Assembly: GCA_965248765.1 (NCBI GenBank)
Contig: CBDFKF010000003.1
Span: 386,257-450,256 of the forward strand
Reading direction: 5' to 3'
Length of the DNA stretch: 64,000 nucleotides
Source of the DNA: Alphaproteobacteria bacterium
Lineage (GTDB): Bacteria; Pseudomonadota; Alphaproteobacteria; VGEJ01
The notes under the pieces were generated by a model that worked only from the letters and a program-made list of their open reading frames with translations, was not told the origin of the DNA and did not search any database. Below, piece after piece: positions 19,446 to 29,096 of the stretch. The translations under genes and the position numbers were made by a program. Each line of letters starts with the position of its first letter. The first letter of the stretch is position 1.

Positions 19446-20820
19446 ACGATATGTCCGGTTTATGTACCAGACGATCTGTCCGGATTTAGAAGCTCTCCAG
19501 GCTATGGAGGGTTTGGATGCGCCGGACAGAGCAGTTGCAGGGACTGAGATTGATGAAGTTCGAGGAGGTTTACGGCCGCACCCATCGGGGTTGCTTGAGC
19601 CAAGCCGAGGCGGCGGAGGTTCTCGGCGTTTCAGAGCGCACCTTCCGGCGCTGGCGCGACCGCTATGAGGCGGACGGCGCGGAAGGGCTCTACGATCGCC
19701 GTCTGGGCCGGGTCTCGGCGCGGCGCGCGGCGGTCGACGAGGTGACGGCGCTGTTGGCGCTGTTCGACACCCGCTACTGGGACTTCACCGCCAAGCACTT
19801 CCACGAGAAGCTGGTCGCGGACTATGCCTTCAAGCGCAGCTACAACTGGGTGCGGCTGAGCTTGCAGGCCCATGGGCGAAGACGGGCGGCGCCCAGGCGC
19901 GGGGCGCACCGGCGCAAGCGGCCGCGCCGCGCGCTGCCCGGCATGATGCTGCATCAAGACGGCTCAAGCCACGCGTGGGTCCCCGATCAGTGGTGGGACC
20001 TGATCGTCACCATGGACGACACCACCAGTGAGATCTACTCGGCCTTCTTCGTCGCCGAAGAGGGCACGATGTCGAGCTTTCAGGGGGTGTCCGAGGCGAT
20101 CCGGGCCAAGGGGCTGTTCTGCTCGCTCTATGCCGACCGCGCCGGCCACTACTGGCACACCCCTGAGGCCGGCGGCACGGTCGACAAGGACAATCCGACC
20201 CAGTTCGGCCGCGCCCTGGCCCAGCTCGGCATCGAGCTGATCCCGGCCTACTCGCCCGAGGCAAGGGGGCGCTCGGAACGCATGTTCGCCACCCTGCAGA
20301 AGCGCCTGCCCCAGGAGCTCAGGCTCGCCGGCATCACCGACATGGCCCAGGCCAACCGCTTCCTCAAGGAGCTCCACCTGCCAGGCCACAACGCCCGCTT
20401 CGCGGTGCCGCCGGAAGCCGAGGGCACCGCCTTCGTGCCCTTCGCCGGTACCCTCGACGACATCCTCTGCGTGCAGCAGGAGCGCACCGTCTCCAACGAC
20501 AACACCGTGCGCTACAAACGCCTGGTGCTGGCGATCCCGCCCGACCGCCATCGCCGCCACTACGTCAAGGCAAGGGTCCGGGTCCACGAATACCCCGACC
20601 GCACCCTCGCCGTCTTCCATGGGCCGCGCTGCCTGGCCCGATACCAGGCCGACGGATCGCCCATCAACACAAGCCACAGACAGGCCGCGTGATCCGCTTC
20701 GACGCGACCGGCCAGTGGATAAGGGGACGGCCGCTCCGCGCCCGACCCCTTATCCACTGGCCCAACAACCACAACTGAAGCGGTCAATTCATATGGTACA
20801 TAAACCGGTCAATTCAGTTT
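19446..20820 (+). mobile_element. ISNCY-family insertion sequence (about 1.37 kb)
   Basis: Imperfect terminal inverted repeats TGTCCGGTTTATGTACCAGA (19449-19468) and TGACCGGTTTATGTACCATA (rc of 20792-20811) flank a single transposase gene. A 16-bp perfect hairpin (20708-20762) lies in the 3' non-coding part. Confidence 0.75.
19517..20692 (+). CDS. ISNCY family transposase
   Basis: 391 aa. N-terminal HTH (LSQAEAAEVLGVSERTFRRWRDRY) followed by a DDE catalytic core typical of ISNCY/IS1202-group transposases. Confidence 0.8.
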   Translation: MRRTEQLQGLRLMKFEEVYGRTHRGCLSQAEAAEVLGVSERTFRRWRDRYEADGAEGLYDRRLGRVSARRAAVDEVTALLALFDTRYWDFTAKHFHEKLVADYAFKRSYNWVRLSLQAHGRRRAAPRRGAHRRKRPRRALPGMMLHQDGSSHAWVPDQWWDLIVTMDDTTSEIYSAFFVAEEGTMSSFQGVSEAIRAKGLFCSLYADRAGHYWHTPEAGGTVDKDNPTQFGRALAQLGIELIPAYSPEARGRSERMFATLQKRLPQELRLAGITDMAQANRFLKELHLPGHNARFAVPPEAEGTAFVPFAGTLDDILCVQQERTVSNDNTVRYKRLVLAIPPDRHRRHYVKARVRVHEYPDRTLAVFHGPRCLARYQADGSPINTSHRQAA

Positions 20821-22112
20821 GTTCTCGACAGCGCGCGCAGAATGCGCCCGGCAGGGATGCCGACATATGCAGGGTCTTTGACATCGACAAGGACGACCGC
20901 GAATTCATCGCCGCCAAGGCGCGCCACCGTGTCGACGGCGCGGCAGCACTCAAGTAGGCGCTCGCCAGTCAGCGTGAGAAGCCGGTCCCCAGTGGGATGG
21001 CCAAATGTGTCGTTGATGGCCTTGAAGCCATCGAGGTCAAGGAACATCACCGCGGCCATCTGATTGTGACGTCGGGCCAGTCTAATCGCGTCCTCGAGCC
21101 GGCGGTGGAACAGGTTGCGGTTGGCGAGGCCCGTCAATGGGTCGTTCAAGGCGAGCAGCCGGATGGTCTCCTCGGCTTTCTTGCGGTCGGTGATATCGCG
21201 AGCAACGCACGTGAATAGACGCTGGCTAGCGATCTGCATTTCGCTCGTCGAGAGCTCGACCGGGAACGCCTCGCCGTCCTTGCGCCGCGCCAGCTTTTCG
21301 ATCGTCGCCCCGATCAACGGGTCGCCATCGTCGAGCCGGGTGGTCAACTTGCCATCGGCGCCGGCGAGCTCGGGCACCAGACGCGTGATGTTCTGGCCGA
21401 TCGTCTCCTCTTGAGTGTAACCGAACTGGACGGTGGCCGCGGGATTGAACGAAACGATGACGCCCTCGGTATCAAAAGTGATGATGCCGTCGACAACGGT
21501 GTCGACCACTGTCTTGATGCGAATAGCGGCGGCTTCGGCGCGCTTGGCTGCCGCCTCCGCGGCCTCGCGAGCGAGAGCGAGATCGCGGGCCATTTCGGCC
21601 ATCTGCTCTGCCTGCTCTGTCAAACGCTCCTGGTCGTCTTTGAGTTCGTTAACCTCGCGTCTCAGCGCCGCGTACTCTTCGAGGCGCTTCACCTGCGTCA
21701 GCCGGGAGTCGATCGTCGCCAGCAAGAGGTCGAAATCCAGCGGCTTGGTCAGGTAGTCGTCAGCGCCAAGCCGTAGTCCGGCGAGCGCGTCCATGCGATC
21801 AGCGAGCGCGGTGAGGAAGATGAACGGAATAGCACCGAACTCGGGGTGATTTTCGCGCAGCTCGCTGAGGAGCCGGTGGCCGTCCATCCGCGGCATGGTC
21901 ACGTCGCACAGCACAAGGTCGGGGCGGTGCTTGATGATTCCTTCCAACCCCGTGCAGCCATCGCCAGCCTGAATGGTCTCATAGTTGGCGGCTTCGAGTA
22001 CCTCGACGATACGTTGCCGAATCTCGGTCTCGTCCTCGATACACAGAATCAGCGGCACGTCGCGTTCTACCTCCCCGTCGGGATGCTGGTGGGCGCTGGA
22101 AAAGATGTCCAT
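20814..22112 (-). pseudogene. response regulator receiver-PAS-GGDEF diguanylate cyclase, 3'-truncated by the IS
   Basis: REC domain (phospho-Asp at LVLCDVTMP), PAS, then a GGDEF domain with intact GGDEF. The protein ends about 55 aa early (…RILRALS-RTN*) and the last codons and stop come from the IS inverted repeat. Confidence 0.75.
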
Positions 22113-22435
22113 CGCACCGCCTCAGCCATGCGTCGCCGCGGGGCCCTCCGGCGTCGCGACTGCGGCATCACGCTCTGAATCCGCGCCCATGCGGCTCTTT
22201 TGATAACGAATCAGAAACCATACGGCAAAGGTCGAGCCGACGCCTTCGGGACTTTTCACCATCAGGGCGGCGCCATGCAGCTCGACGAAATTGCCGTACG
22301 AGATCGCGCCCGCCGCCGGTGCGGGAATTCCCCTGCAGATCTAGGCACGGCGCCGCCAGCCGCCGCCACGCTTGGGTTTGACCTGATCGCGGCAACAATC
22401 GAGACTGCTGAGCGTTGAGGTTGCACGTGCGGGGG

Positions 22436-23371
22436 ATGCCGACCGATTCGTTTCATAAGGCCGCAGTGTTGTTGTTCGATCAGCAACACAACGTCCGGCA
22501 GGCAACGCGCATCGCCCTAGGCGCCGTGGGCTTCAAGGAGATCGACGATACCCACGACTTCGCCGCATTCGAGGAGCGGGCGGGCCAGCGCGACTATGAG
22601 CTGCTGATCGCCGAGATCCACGGCGTTGACGGCGATTCGTGCGGACTGGTCCACCGCATCCGCCACAACGAGGCGGGCCGCAATCCCTTCATCCCTATCA
22701 TCCTGACTGCCTGGAACCCGTCGCGCGAGCTCGCCATGCAGGCCATCGACTCAGGAGCCGACGATCTTCTGAGCAAGCCTCTCTCGACTGCCCAAATCAG
22801 CAATCGAATCACGACGCTGGTACGTATCCGTAAGCGGTTCATCGTGACCACGGACTACGTCGGGCCGGACCGCCGCAACGACTCGACCCGGGCTTCCGAC
22901 ATAGAGACGATCGAGGTACCGAACGTACTCAGGGCCAAGGTCGACAACGACCCAGCCGCCGCCGCACCCGAGGCCGTCGAAGCGGCCCTGGAGGCAATCA
23001 ACATGCAGAAGCTGCAGCGGCACGATTTTCAGATCGGCGTGCTCGTGGCGTTCATCGTCGAGAGTTACGAAGGCGGTGGCCCCGAGACCCGCGCTGCCGA
23101 CCTCGACCGCCTGCTGCACGTGACCGCGGACCTGAGCCGGCGCATCCAAGGCACGGCATATGCCCATATTTCGAGCTTGTGCCAGGCGCTTGCCAGGATC
23201 GCACGGTCGATAAGCGCGGCGGTGGATGCGCCGCCGGGCAAGGACGTGAAGCTGCTGGACCAGACCGCGATGGCGATCCACCTCGCCTTCGATCCCGAAA
23301 CCGACTCCGCTGCAGTTGCGGCCGACATCGCAACGACCATCGGCACGATTAAGAAGCGCGGGCGCCACTGA
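22436..23371 (+). CDS. response regulator (atypical receiver domain plus an uncharacterised C-terminal domain)
   Basis: The receiver fold spans VLLFDQQHNVRQ…LLIAEIHGVDGDSCGL…SKPLS. The C-terminal roughly 170 aa is unassigned. Start set at MPTDSF. Confidence 0.55.
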   Translation: MPTDSFHKAAVLLFDQQHNVRQATRIALGAVGFKEIDDTHDFAAFEERAGQRDYELLIAEIHGVDGDSCGLVHRIRHNEAGRNPFIPIILTAWNPSRELAMQAIDSGADDLLSKPLSTAQISNRITTLVRIRKRFIVTTDYVGPDRRNDSTRASDIETIEVPNVLRAKVDNDPAAAAPEAVEAALEAINMQKLQRHDFQIGVLVAFIVESYEGGGPETRAADLDRLLHVTADLSRRIQGTAYAHISSLCQALARIARSISAAVDAPPGKDVKLLDQTAMAIHLAFDPETDSAAVAADIATTIGTIKKRGRH

Positions 23372-23407
23372 CGCGGGCGTACCACTCGGTTGTCCGCTTG
23401 TGGCCGC

Positions 23408-24412
23408 CTAGCGGCTGAGCTCGCGCCTTACGGTCTGTGCAAGCCCGTCGCCGTCGAGACCATAGTGTCGGTAGAGATGTGTCGGTGGGCCGAGGAGGAT
23501 ATATTCGTCCGGCACGCCGATCCGGACCAGACGCACGCCGGCACCGGCCTCGGCCAGTACCTCGGCTACGGCGGAGCCGAACCCGCCGGTCACGTTGTGC
23601 TCTTCGGCCGTGAACAACACAGCCTGGTCCTTGGCCGCCTCGAGGATGACGGCGCGATCGATGGGCCGGATCGAGTACAGGTCAACGACACGCAGCGCGA
23701 TCCCGTCGTCGGTGAGGATCGCGGCCGCATCGCGCGAAGCGCGGACGAGGTTGCCGATGGCGAATACGGTCGCATCGCGCCCATCACGCAGCACGTTCGA
23801 GCCGCCGATCCGCCAAGTGGGTGGCGCATCGTACACGTCGGCCTCGCGGCCGCGGCCCACCCGGAAATAGATCGGCCCGTCGTGGTCGATCGTGGTCCGC
23901 AACGCGGCCCTGATGGCGTTGGCATCGCACGGCGCCATCAGCGTCAGGTTGGCCATGGTCCGCAGCACGCCAATGTCCTCGTTGCTGTGGTGCGACGTAC
24001 CGTAAAACCCCATGGCGATACCGGAATGGGTGCCGACCATGCGCACCTTCAGGCGCGGATAGCAGATGTCGTTGCGGATGTTCTCGCAGCCCATGAGGGC
24101 GAGGAAGAACGAATAGTTCGAGATGTAGGGCGTGAACCCGACCGTCGCGAGCCCGGCGGCGGCGCCGATCATGTTGCGCTCGGCAATGCCGAAATTGTAG
24201 TAGCGATCGGGGAAGCGCGCGCCGAAGTTGTTGACCCGCGTCGGCCCGCCGAGATCGGCCGTCAGCACGACGATGTCGTCACGACCCGCATCGGCCATGT
24301 CGATCAGCACGTCGCCGGTAGGCAGCGCCTTCGACAGATCGAGGGCGCCGACCATGTCCCAGGATTCGGCGTCGAAGCCGGGACCGACCGTGGTGCCCGC
24401 CACCTCAGCCAC
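23408..24412 (-). CDS. transketolase, C-terminal subunit
   Basis: Pyrimidine-binding and C-terminal transketolase domains (IVVLTADLGGPTRV, GIAERNMIGAAAGLA, GTHSGIAMGFYGTSHH). Confidence 0.85.
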   Translation of the reverse strand: MAEVAGTTVGPGFDAESWDMVGALDLSKALPTGDVLIDMADAGRDDIVVLTADLGGPTRVNNFGARFPDRYYNFGIAERNMIGAAAGLATVGFTPYISNYSFFLALMGCENIRNDICYPRLKVRMVGTHSGIAMGFYGTSHHSNEDIGVLRTMANLTLMAPCDANAIRAALRTTIDHDGPIYFRVGRGREADVYDAPPTWRIGGSNVLRDGRDATVFAIGNLVRASRDAAAILTDDGIALRVVDLYSIRPIDRAVILEAAKDQAVLFTAEEHNVTGGFGSAVAEVLAEAGAGVRLVRIGVPDEYILLGPPTHLYRHYGLDGDGLAQTVRRELSR

Positions 24413-25056
24413 CGTCGTCGAGCCCCCCTTGCGATCTCCGCCAACGCGCGGTCCCTATCGTCGGGTCCGAGGAAGACGAGATGCCATTGCCAGGTGCCTT
24501 CCATGAACGAGACGCCCTTGCCGGCAACGGTGTGCGCCAGCACGACCCGCGGGCCATCGCCCGGCGCGTTCAGCGCCTGATTGAGCGCGGTGAGGACGGC
24601 GTCGAGGTCATGACCGTCCTCGAGCTCGATCACGCGCCATCGGAACGCGCGCCACTTGTCGGCCAGCGGGCGGCTATCCATGACCTCCGCGGTCGGTCCG
24701 TCCGAGCCGACGGTGTTGATGTCGACGATGGCGACCAGGTTGGCAAGCCGGTAGTGGCCGGCCGACATCGCGGCTTCCCAGACCTGCCCCTCGCACATTT
24801 CGCCGTCGCCCATGAGACAGACGACGCGGGCCGGTGAGCCCCGCGCTGCCAAGCCCAGGGCCATGCCGACCGAGACCGAGAGGTTGTGGCCGATCGACCC
24901 GGACGAGAAGTCCGCCCCAACCACCTTGCGCATGTCGGGGTGATCTCCGAGCGGACTGCCAAGGCGCGTGTAGGAGTCGAGCACCTCTCTGGGGAAGAAG
25001 CCGAGATCCGCCAGCACCGGATAAAGGCCGATTGCGGCATGGCCCTTGCCCATCCA
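24304..25056 (-). pseudogene. transketolase N-terminal subunit, distal part (interrupted by IS1182-family element)
   Basis: Begins mid-domain (GKGHAAIGLYPVLADLGFF…GDGEMCEGQVWEAAM, the TPP-binding GDG motif). The first 69 codons lie at 26616-26822 on the other side of the IS. Confidence 0.8.
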
Positions 25057-26612
25057 GACCGTGTGGAAACTCTGGGTGGCGGGGATGGAGGTTTAGGTAA
25101 CCATGATTTGCGGCGATCCCACGTAATCTGGCGGTTTGGCGCCGGTAGCCCTGTGGAAGGGGCTCCAGGCCTCCGTGGATCGATGTGCGGCGCTCGATTT
25201 TGGCCTGATTCCCGTCTCATGCCCTCGCGGCGGCGATCAAGGCGGGAACACCTACCAGCGAGATCGCGCGGCGGATGTTGTAAGCCAGCGCCGTGATGCT
25301 GAACTCGCCGCGCACGTTCTCCAGCCGCCGGGTCAGGAAGGCACCCTGGCCCATCCATTGTTTGATTGAGCCGAAGGGATGCTCGACGCTTTCACGGCGC
25401 GCATCGAGCAGCTCCGGGCGGGCCGCCAATCGTTCTGCCATGCGCTCCAGGATCGCTTCGGCGCTTGCGCTTGCTGTGTAGCGCCAGGCGTTGGCCGTCG
25501 GGGCAGATGTAAATGTCCTCGCCGCCGTCATAGCGGAAGCGTTCCTTGGGAAAGAGCCCCTGGCTCACCGTGGATCCGCGCTGGGGCTTGGGCACATGCG
25601 GCACGACGCCGGCATTCTCGCAGGCCTCGATATCCTCGATCTTGAAGTAGCCCGCGTCGGCGACCGCGTCGATCCGATCGACGGCCAGGTTCCGACGGGC
25701 CACCACCGCCGTCTCGGCCAATAGACCGAGATCGCTGACCTTGTTATGGACCTGCTGCTCGGCGATCAGTTTGTGCTTGGCGTCCACGGCGATCTGAATG
25801 TTGTAGCCGACACCGACCCGGGTCTCGGCGTACATCGCCCGGCTGTCCGGATCCGTCAAAGAGAGCTGGTCCTCGCCACTCGCAGCCAGCGCGTCTCGAT
25901 GTTCCTCAAACCGCTCACGCCGCCCTTGGATCGCAGCGATCTTCTCCTGGATATGCTCCACCTCGCCGCCGCCGGTGCCGCCCTCGTCTTGCTCGTCGGC
26001 CTCGTCGAGCCGGTCGAGATAACGCGACAACCTCTCGTCGCTCTCGGCCAACGCCTTCGCCAGCTTCGCTTTGGTGAAGTTCCGCTTCCGGCTGTTCACT
26101 GCCTTGATCCGTGTACCGTCAACCGCCACCAGCTCGCGTCCGAACAGCTCCAGTTCGCGGCATAGCCTCACGAACTCCCGAAACACCTGTCGGAAGGCCG
26201 CCCGATTGATCCGCCGGAAATCGGCGATCGTCTTGAAGTCTGGCGACAAACGCCGCAACAGCCAGATCACTTCGAGATTACGCTTGCTCTCTGCCTCCAG
26301 CCGGCGGCTCGAACGTACCCGATTGAGATAGCCGTATATGTAGAGCTTCAGCAGGTCCGCCGGATCGTAGCCGGGACGACCTATCGCCTTCGCCGCGGCG
26401 CGCTCGAAACCAGCGGCCGCTAGGTCCAAACCATCCACGAAGGCATCGATGAAACGGACCGGGTTATCCCGGCCCACGTAATCGTCCACTGCTTCCGGCA
26501 GAAGCAGAACCTGAGAGCGGTCAACGCCAGGAATGTGTCTCATGGCGGACCCTAACATCGCCATGAGACGGACGGAATCCCCCGCCACCCAGAGTTTCCA
26601 CACGGTCTGCAT
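25057..26612 (-). mobile_element. IS1182-family insertion sequence (about 1.56 kb) inside the transketolase N-subunit gene
   Basis: Perfect 30-bp terminal inverted repeats CAGACCGTGTGGAAACTCTGGGTGGCGGGG at 25058-25087 and rc at 26583-26612. The flanking sequences (ttcaccATG | gATGggcaag) indicate a target duplication of about 3-4 bp. The host reading frame is restored across the junction (DRDRFTM-GKGHAA). Confidence 0.8.
25217..26564 (-). pseudogene. IS1182 family transposase (frameshifted near 25500)
   Basis: N-terminal motifs RSQVLLLPEAVDDYV…YDPADLLKLYIYGYLNRVRSSRRLE…DFKTIADFRR and C-terminal VEHPFGSIKQWMGQGAFLTRRLENVRGEFSITALAYNIRR are in two different frames. The upstream part is read as a fusion with the transketolase fragment in the ORF track. 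Confidence 0.7.
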
Positions 26613-26822
26613 GGTGAAGCGGTCGCGATCGGTCCAATCGGGCTGATCGGCGCGGATGTTCAGAAGCTGGTAGTAGAGCACCGTCACGAGTTCGGCCATG
26701 GAGAACGCCGAGCCATAGTGACCCGAGCCGCAGATGTCGGTGAGCCGCACGGTCTCGCGGCGGATCATCTTGGCTTTCTCGACCAGCTCGGCCTTGGCGA
26801 TGTTGCGAACGGGGCGCGACAT
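26613..26822 (-). pseudogene. transketolase N-terminal subunit, 5' fragment (first 69 codons)
   Basis: ELVEKAKMIRRETVRLTDICGSGHYGSAFSMAELVTVLYYQLL…PDWTDRDRF is the canonical transketolase N-terminus, ending at the IS inverted repeat. Confidence 0.8.
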
Positions 26823-26916
26823 ATCGTTCTATCCGCGGGGGGTAACGGGCTAAGAGTGTGCCAGAGCGGATCAGAAAAGTGGACCAAGCGCGTAAGCGGA
26901 ACCCCAGGAGGGTGGG

Positions 26917-28230
26917 ATGCGGCGCGAAGAGATGATCATGGTTGGCTTTTGCGACTATGCCGGCAAGGTCCAGGCCAAGGGCTTTGCCGCGGCCGACTGG
27001 GGTGCGCGCCGCCACCAGGGCATTGGCCTTGCCAAGACCAATCTCATGATCAACGCGCTCGGGCAGATCGCGGCCTCGCCGTGGGGCCCGCGCGGCGACC
27101 TCGTGGTCATCCCCGATCCGGACACCCGTATCCGGCTCACCTTCGACCCGGACGATCCGGTCGAGCACACCTTCCTCGGCGATGTCCGCAACACCGATAA
27201 CACGCCATGGGCCGGCTGCCCGCGGAGCTTTCTGCGTTCAGCGCTCGCCGACCTCGAGACCGAGGCCGGGTTGCGCGTGCTCTCGGCCTTCGAGCACGAG
27301 TTCCACTACTCCGGGGCCGAGTCGCGCATCGGCGATGCCTATGCGCTCGAGTCGGTGCGCTCGACCGGGGTCTTCGTCGAAGCACTGTTCGCGGCGTTGC
27401 GCGCGGGCAACGTCGAGCCCGACACCTTCCTGCCAGAGTACGGGCCGCAGCAGTTCGAGCTCACCCACAAGCCCGCGCTCGGACTCGCCGCCGCCGACCG
27501 CGCCGTCCGCCTGCGCGAAATCACCCGGCTGGTCGCGCGACGGCTCGGCCACCGCGCCTGCTTTTCGCCCGTGGTCACCCGCAACTTCGTTGGCAACGGC
27601 CTGCACATCCACTTCAGCCTGATCGACGAGCGAGGCCAGCCCGCCGGCTATGACGCCGAACGGCCCCACGGCATCAGCGCGGTAGCCGGGGCCTTCGTCG
27701 CCGGCGCGCTGCGCCAGCTCCCGGCGTTGTGCGCGTTCACCGCGCCCAGTGTCATCTCCTACGAACGTCTGCGCCCCAATAGCTGGAGCGCCGCCTATAA
27801 CAACCTCGGGCGCCGCGACCGCGAGGCGGCGATCCGGCTGTGCCCGGTGTTCGAGGAGGCCGGCATCGCCACCGAGCGCCAATACCACTTTGAGCTCCGC
27901 GCCTGCGATGGCGCGTCGAACCCCTACTTCGCCCTGGGTGCGCTCGTCCGCGCCGGGCTCCAGGGCATCCGCGACGGCTTGGCGACGCCGGAGCCGACGT
28001 TGGAGGGGCCCGAAGCGCTCTCCGAGCCGGAGCGGGCGCGCCGCGGCATCACCCGCCTGCCGCAGTCGCTCGATGAGGCGCTCATCGCCCTGGAATCCGA
28101 TGCGATCGCCAACGCCTGGTTCACGCCCGAGATCCTGGGCGCCTACGTCATGCTCAAGCACGGCGAGATCGAGGGCCTGCGCGAGTGCGACGCGGACGAG
28201 ATCTGCGAGCGCTATCGCCAGGCCTATTGA
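26917..28230 (+). CDS. glutamine synthetase family protein (GlnA-like catalytic domain)
   Basis: 437 aa with a GS catalytic domain (EHEFHYSG…, NGLHIHFSL ATP/glutamate-site motifs). Resembles gamma-glutamyl-amine synthetases. Confidence 0.75.
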   Translation: MRREEMIMVGFCDYAGKVQAKGFAAADWGARRHQGIGLAKTNLMINALGQIAASPWGPRGDLVVIPDPDTRIRLTFDPDDPVEHTFLGDVRNTDNTPWAGCPRSFLRSALADLETEAGLRVLSAFEHEFHYSGAESRIGDAYALESVRSTGVFVEALFAALRAGNVEPDTFLPEYGPQQFELTHKPALGLAAADRAVRLREITRLVARRLGHRACFSPVVTRNFVGNGLHIHFSLIDERGQPAGYDAERPHGISAVAGAFVAGALRQLPALCAFTAPSVISYERLRPNSWSAAYNNLGRRDREAAIRLCPVFEEAGIATERQYHFELRACDGASNPYFALGALVRAGLQGIRDGLATPEPTLEGPEALSEPERARRGITRLPQSLDEALIALESDAIANAWFTPEILGAYVMLKHGEIEGLRECDADEICERYRQAY

Positions 28231-28262
28231 ATCGCCGCGTGCCAACCGGCAGGAGACATGAC

Positions 28263-29096
28263 GTGCCGACTCAAGAAGAAAAGGCGACGGCGTTCCAGGA
28301 ACTGCACACGCGTTCCGGTGCCTTCATCGTGCCGAACCCCTGGGATGCCGGCACCGCGCGGATGCTTGCCGCGTTGGGCTTCGAAGCGCTGGCGACGACC
28401 AGCTTGGGTGTCGCCAACATGCTGGGCCGCAGTGATGGCACCGGGGCGGTCACCGCCGACGACATCGTCGAGAATTGCCGGATGATCACCGCGGCGAGCC
28501 CGCTGCCGGTCACCGCGGATTTGGAGAACTGCTTCGCCGATGAGCCGCGCGCCGCGGCCGAGATGATCGGCCGTGCCGCGGAAGCCGGCATCGTCGGCGG
28601 CTCGATCGAGGATTTCACTGGCGATCCGCGCAAGCCCATCTATGAATTCGACCACGCCGTAGAGCGAGTGCAGGCGGCGGTGGAGGCGGCACGCGCGCTG
28701 CCGTTTTCCTTCGTGCTGACGGCACGGGCGGAGAATCTACTGCGCGGCCGCGACGACCTCGACGACACCATCCGGCGCTTGCAGGCCTTCGAGGCGGTCG
28801 GCGCCGATGTCCTCTACGCGCCCGGCACCCGGGACCTCGACACGCTTCGCACCGTTGTTGCCGCCGTCACCAAACCGGTGAACGTCGTCATGGGCCTCGC
28901 CGATCCGGCGATCACCGTCGATCAGCTCTCAGCGGTCGGCGTCCGGCGAATCAGCGTCGGCGGTGCGCTGTCGCGCATCGCCCTGGCCGCCTTCCTGAAG
29001 GCGGCGCGCGAGATGCAGGACGACGGCCGGTTCACGTTTATCCGCGACATGGTCCCCGTGAGCGAGCTTAGAGACATGTTCCAGGATGAGGACTGA
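28263..29096 (+). CDS. isocitrate lyase/PEP mutase family protein
   Basis: PEP mutase/ICL superfamily (FIVPNPWDAGTARM…, EDF…KP). Start set at GTG 28263 after an AGGAGA ribosome-binding site. Confidence 0.7.
   Translation: MPTQEEKATAFQELHTRSGAFIVPNPWDAGTARMLAALGFEALATTSLGVANMLGRSDGTGAVTADDIVENCRMITAASPLPVTADLENCFADEPRAAAEMIGRAAEAGIVGGSIEDFTGDPRKPIYEFDHAVERVQAAVEAARALPFSFVLTARAENLLRGRDDLDDTIRRLQAFEAVGADVLYAPGTRDLDTLRTVVAAVTKPVNVVMGLADPAITVDQLSAVGVRRISVGGALSRIALAAFLKAAREMQDDGRFTFIRDMVPVSELRDMFQDED

Noticed and set aside
18352-19668. 438-aa plus-strand ORF
   Set aside because: Antisense to the EAL gene, and it runs across the IS left end.
27238-28245. 335-aa minus-strand ORF across the glutamine synthetase family gene
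   Set aside because: Antisense to a gene with clear GS catalytic motifs. The translation is Ala/Gly/Arg-rich junk.
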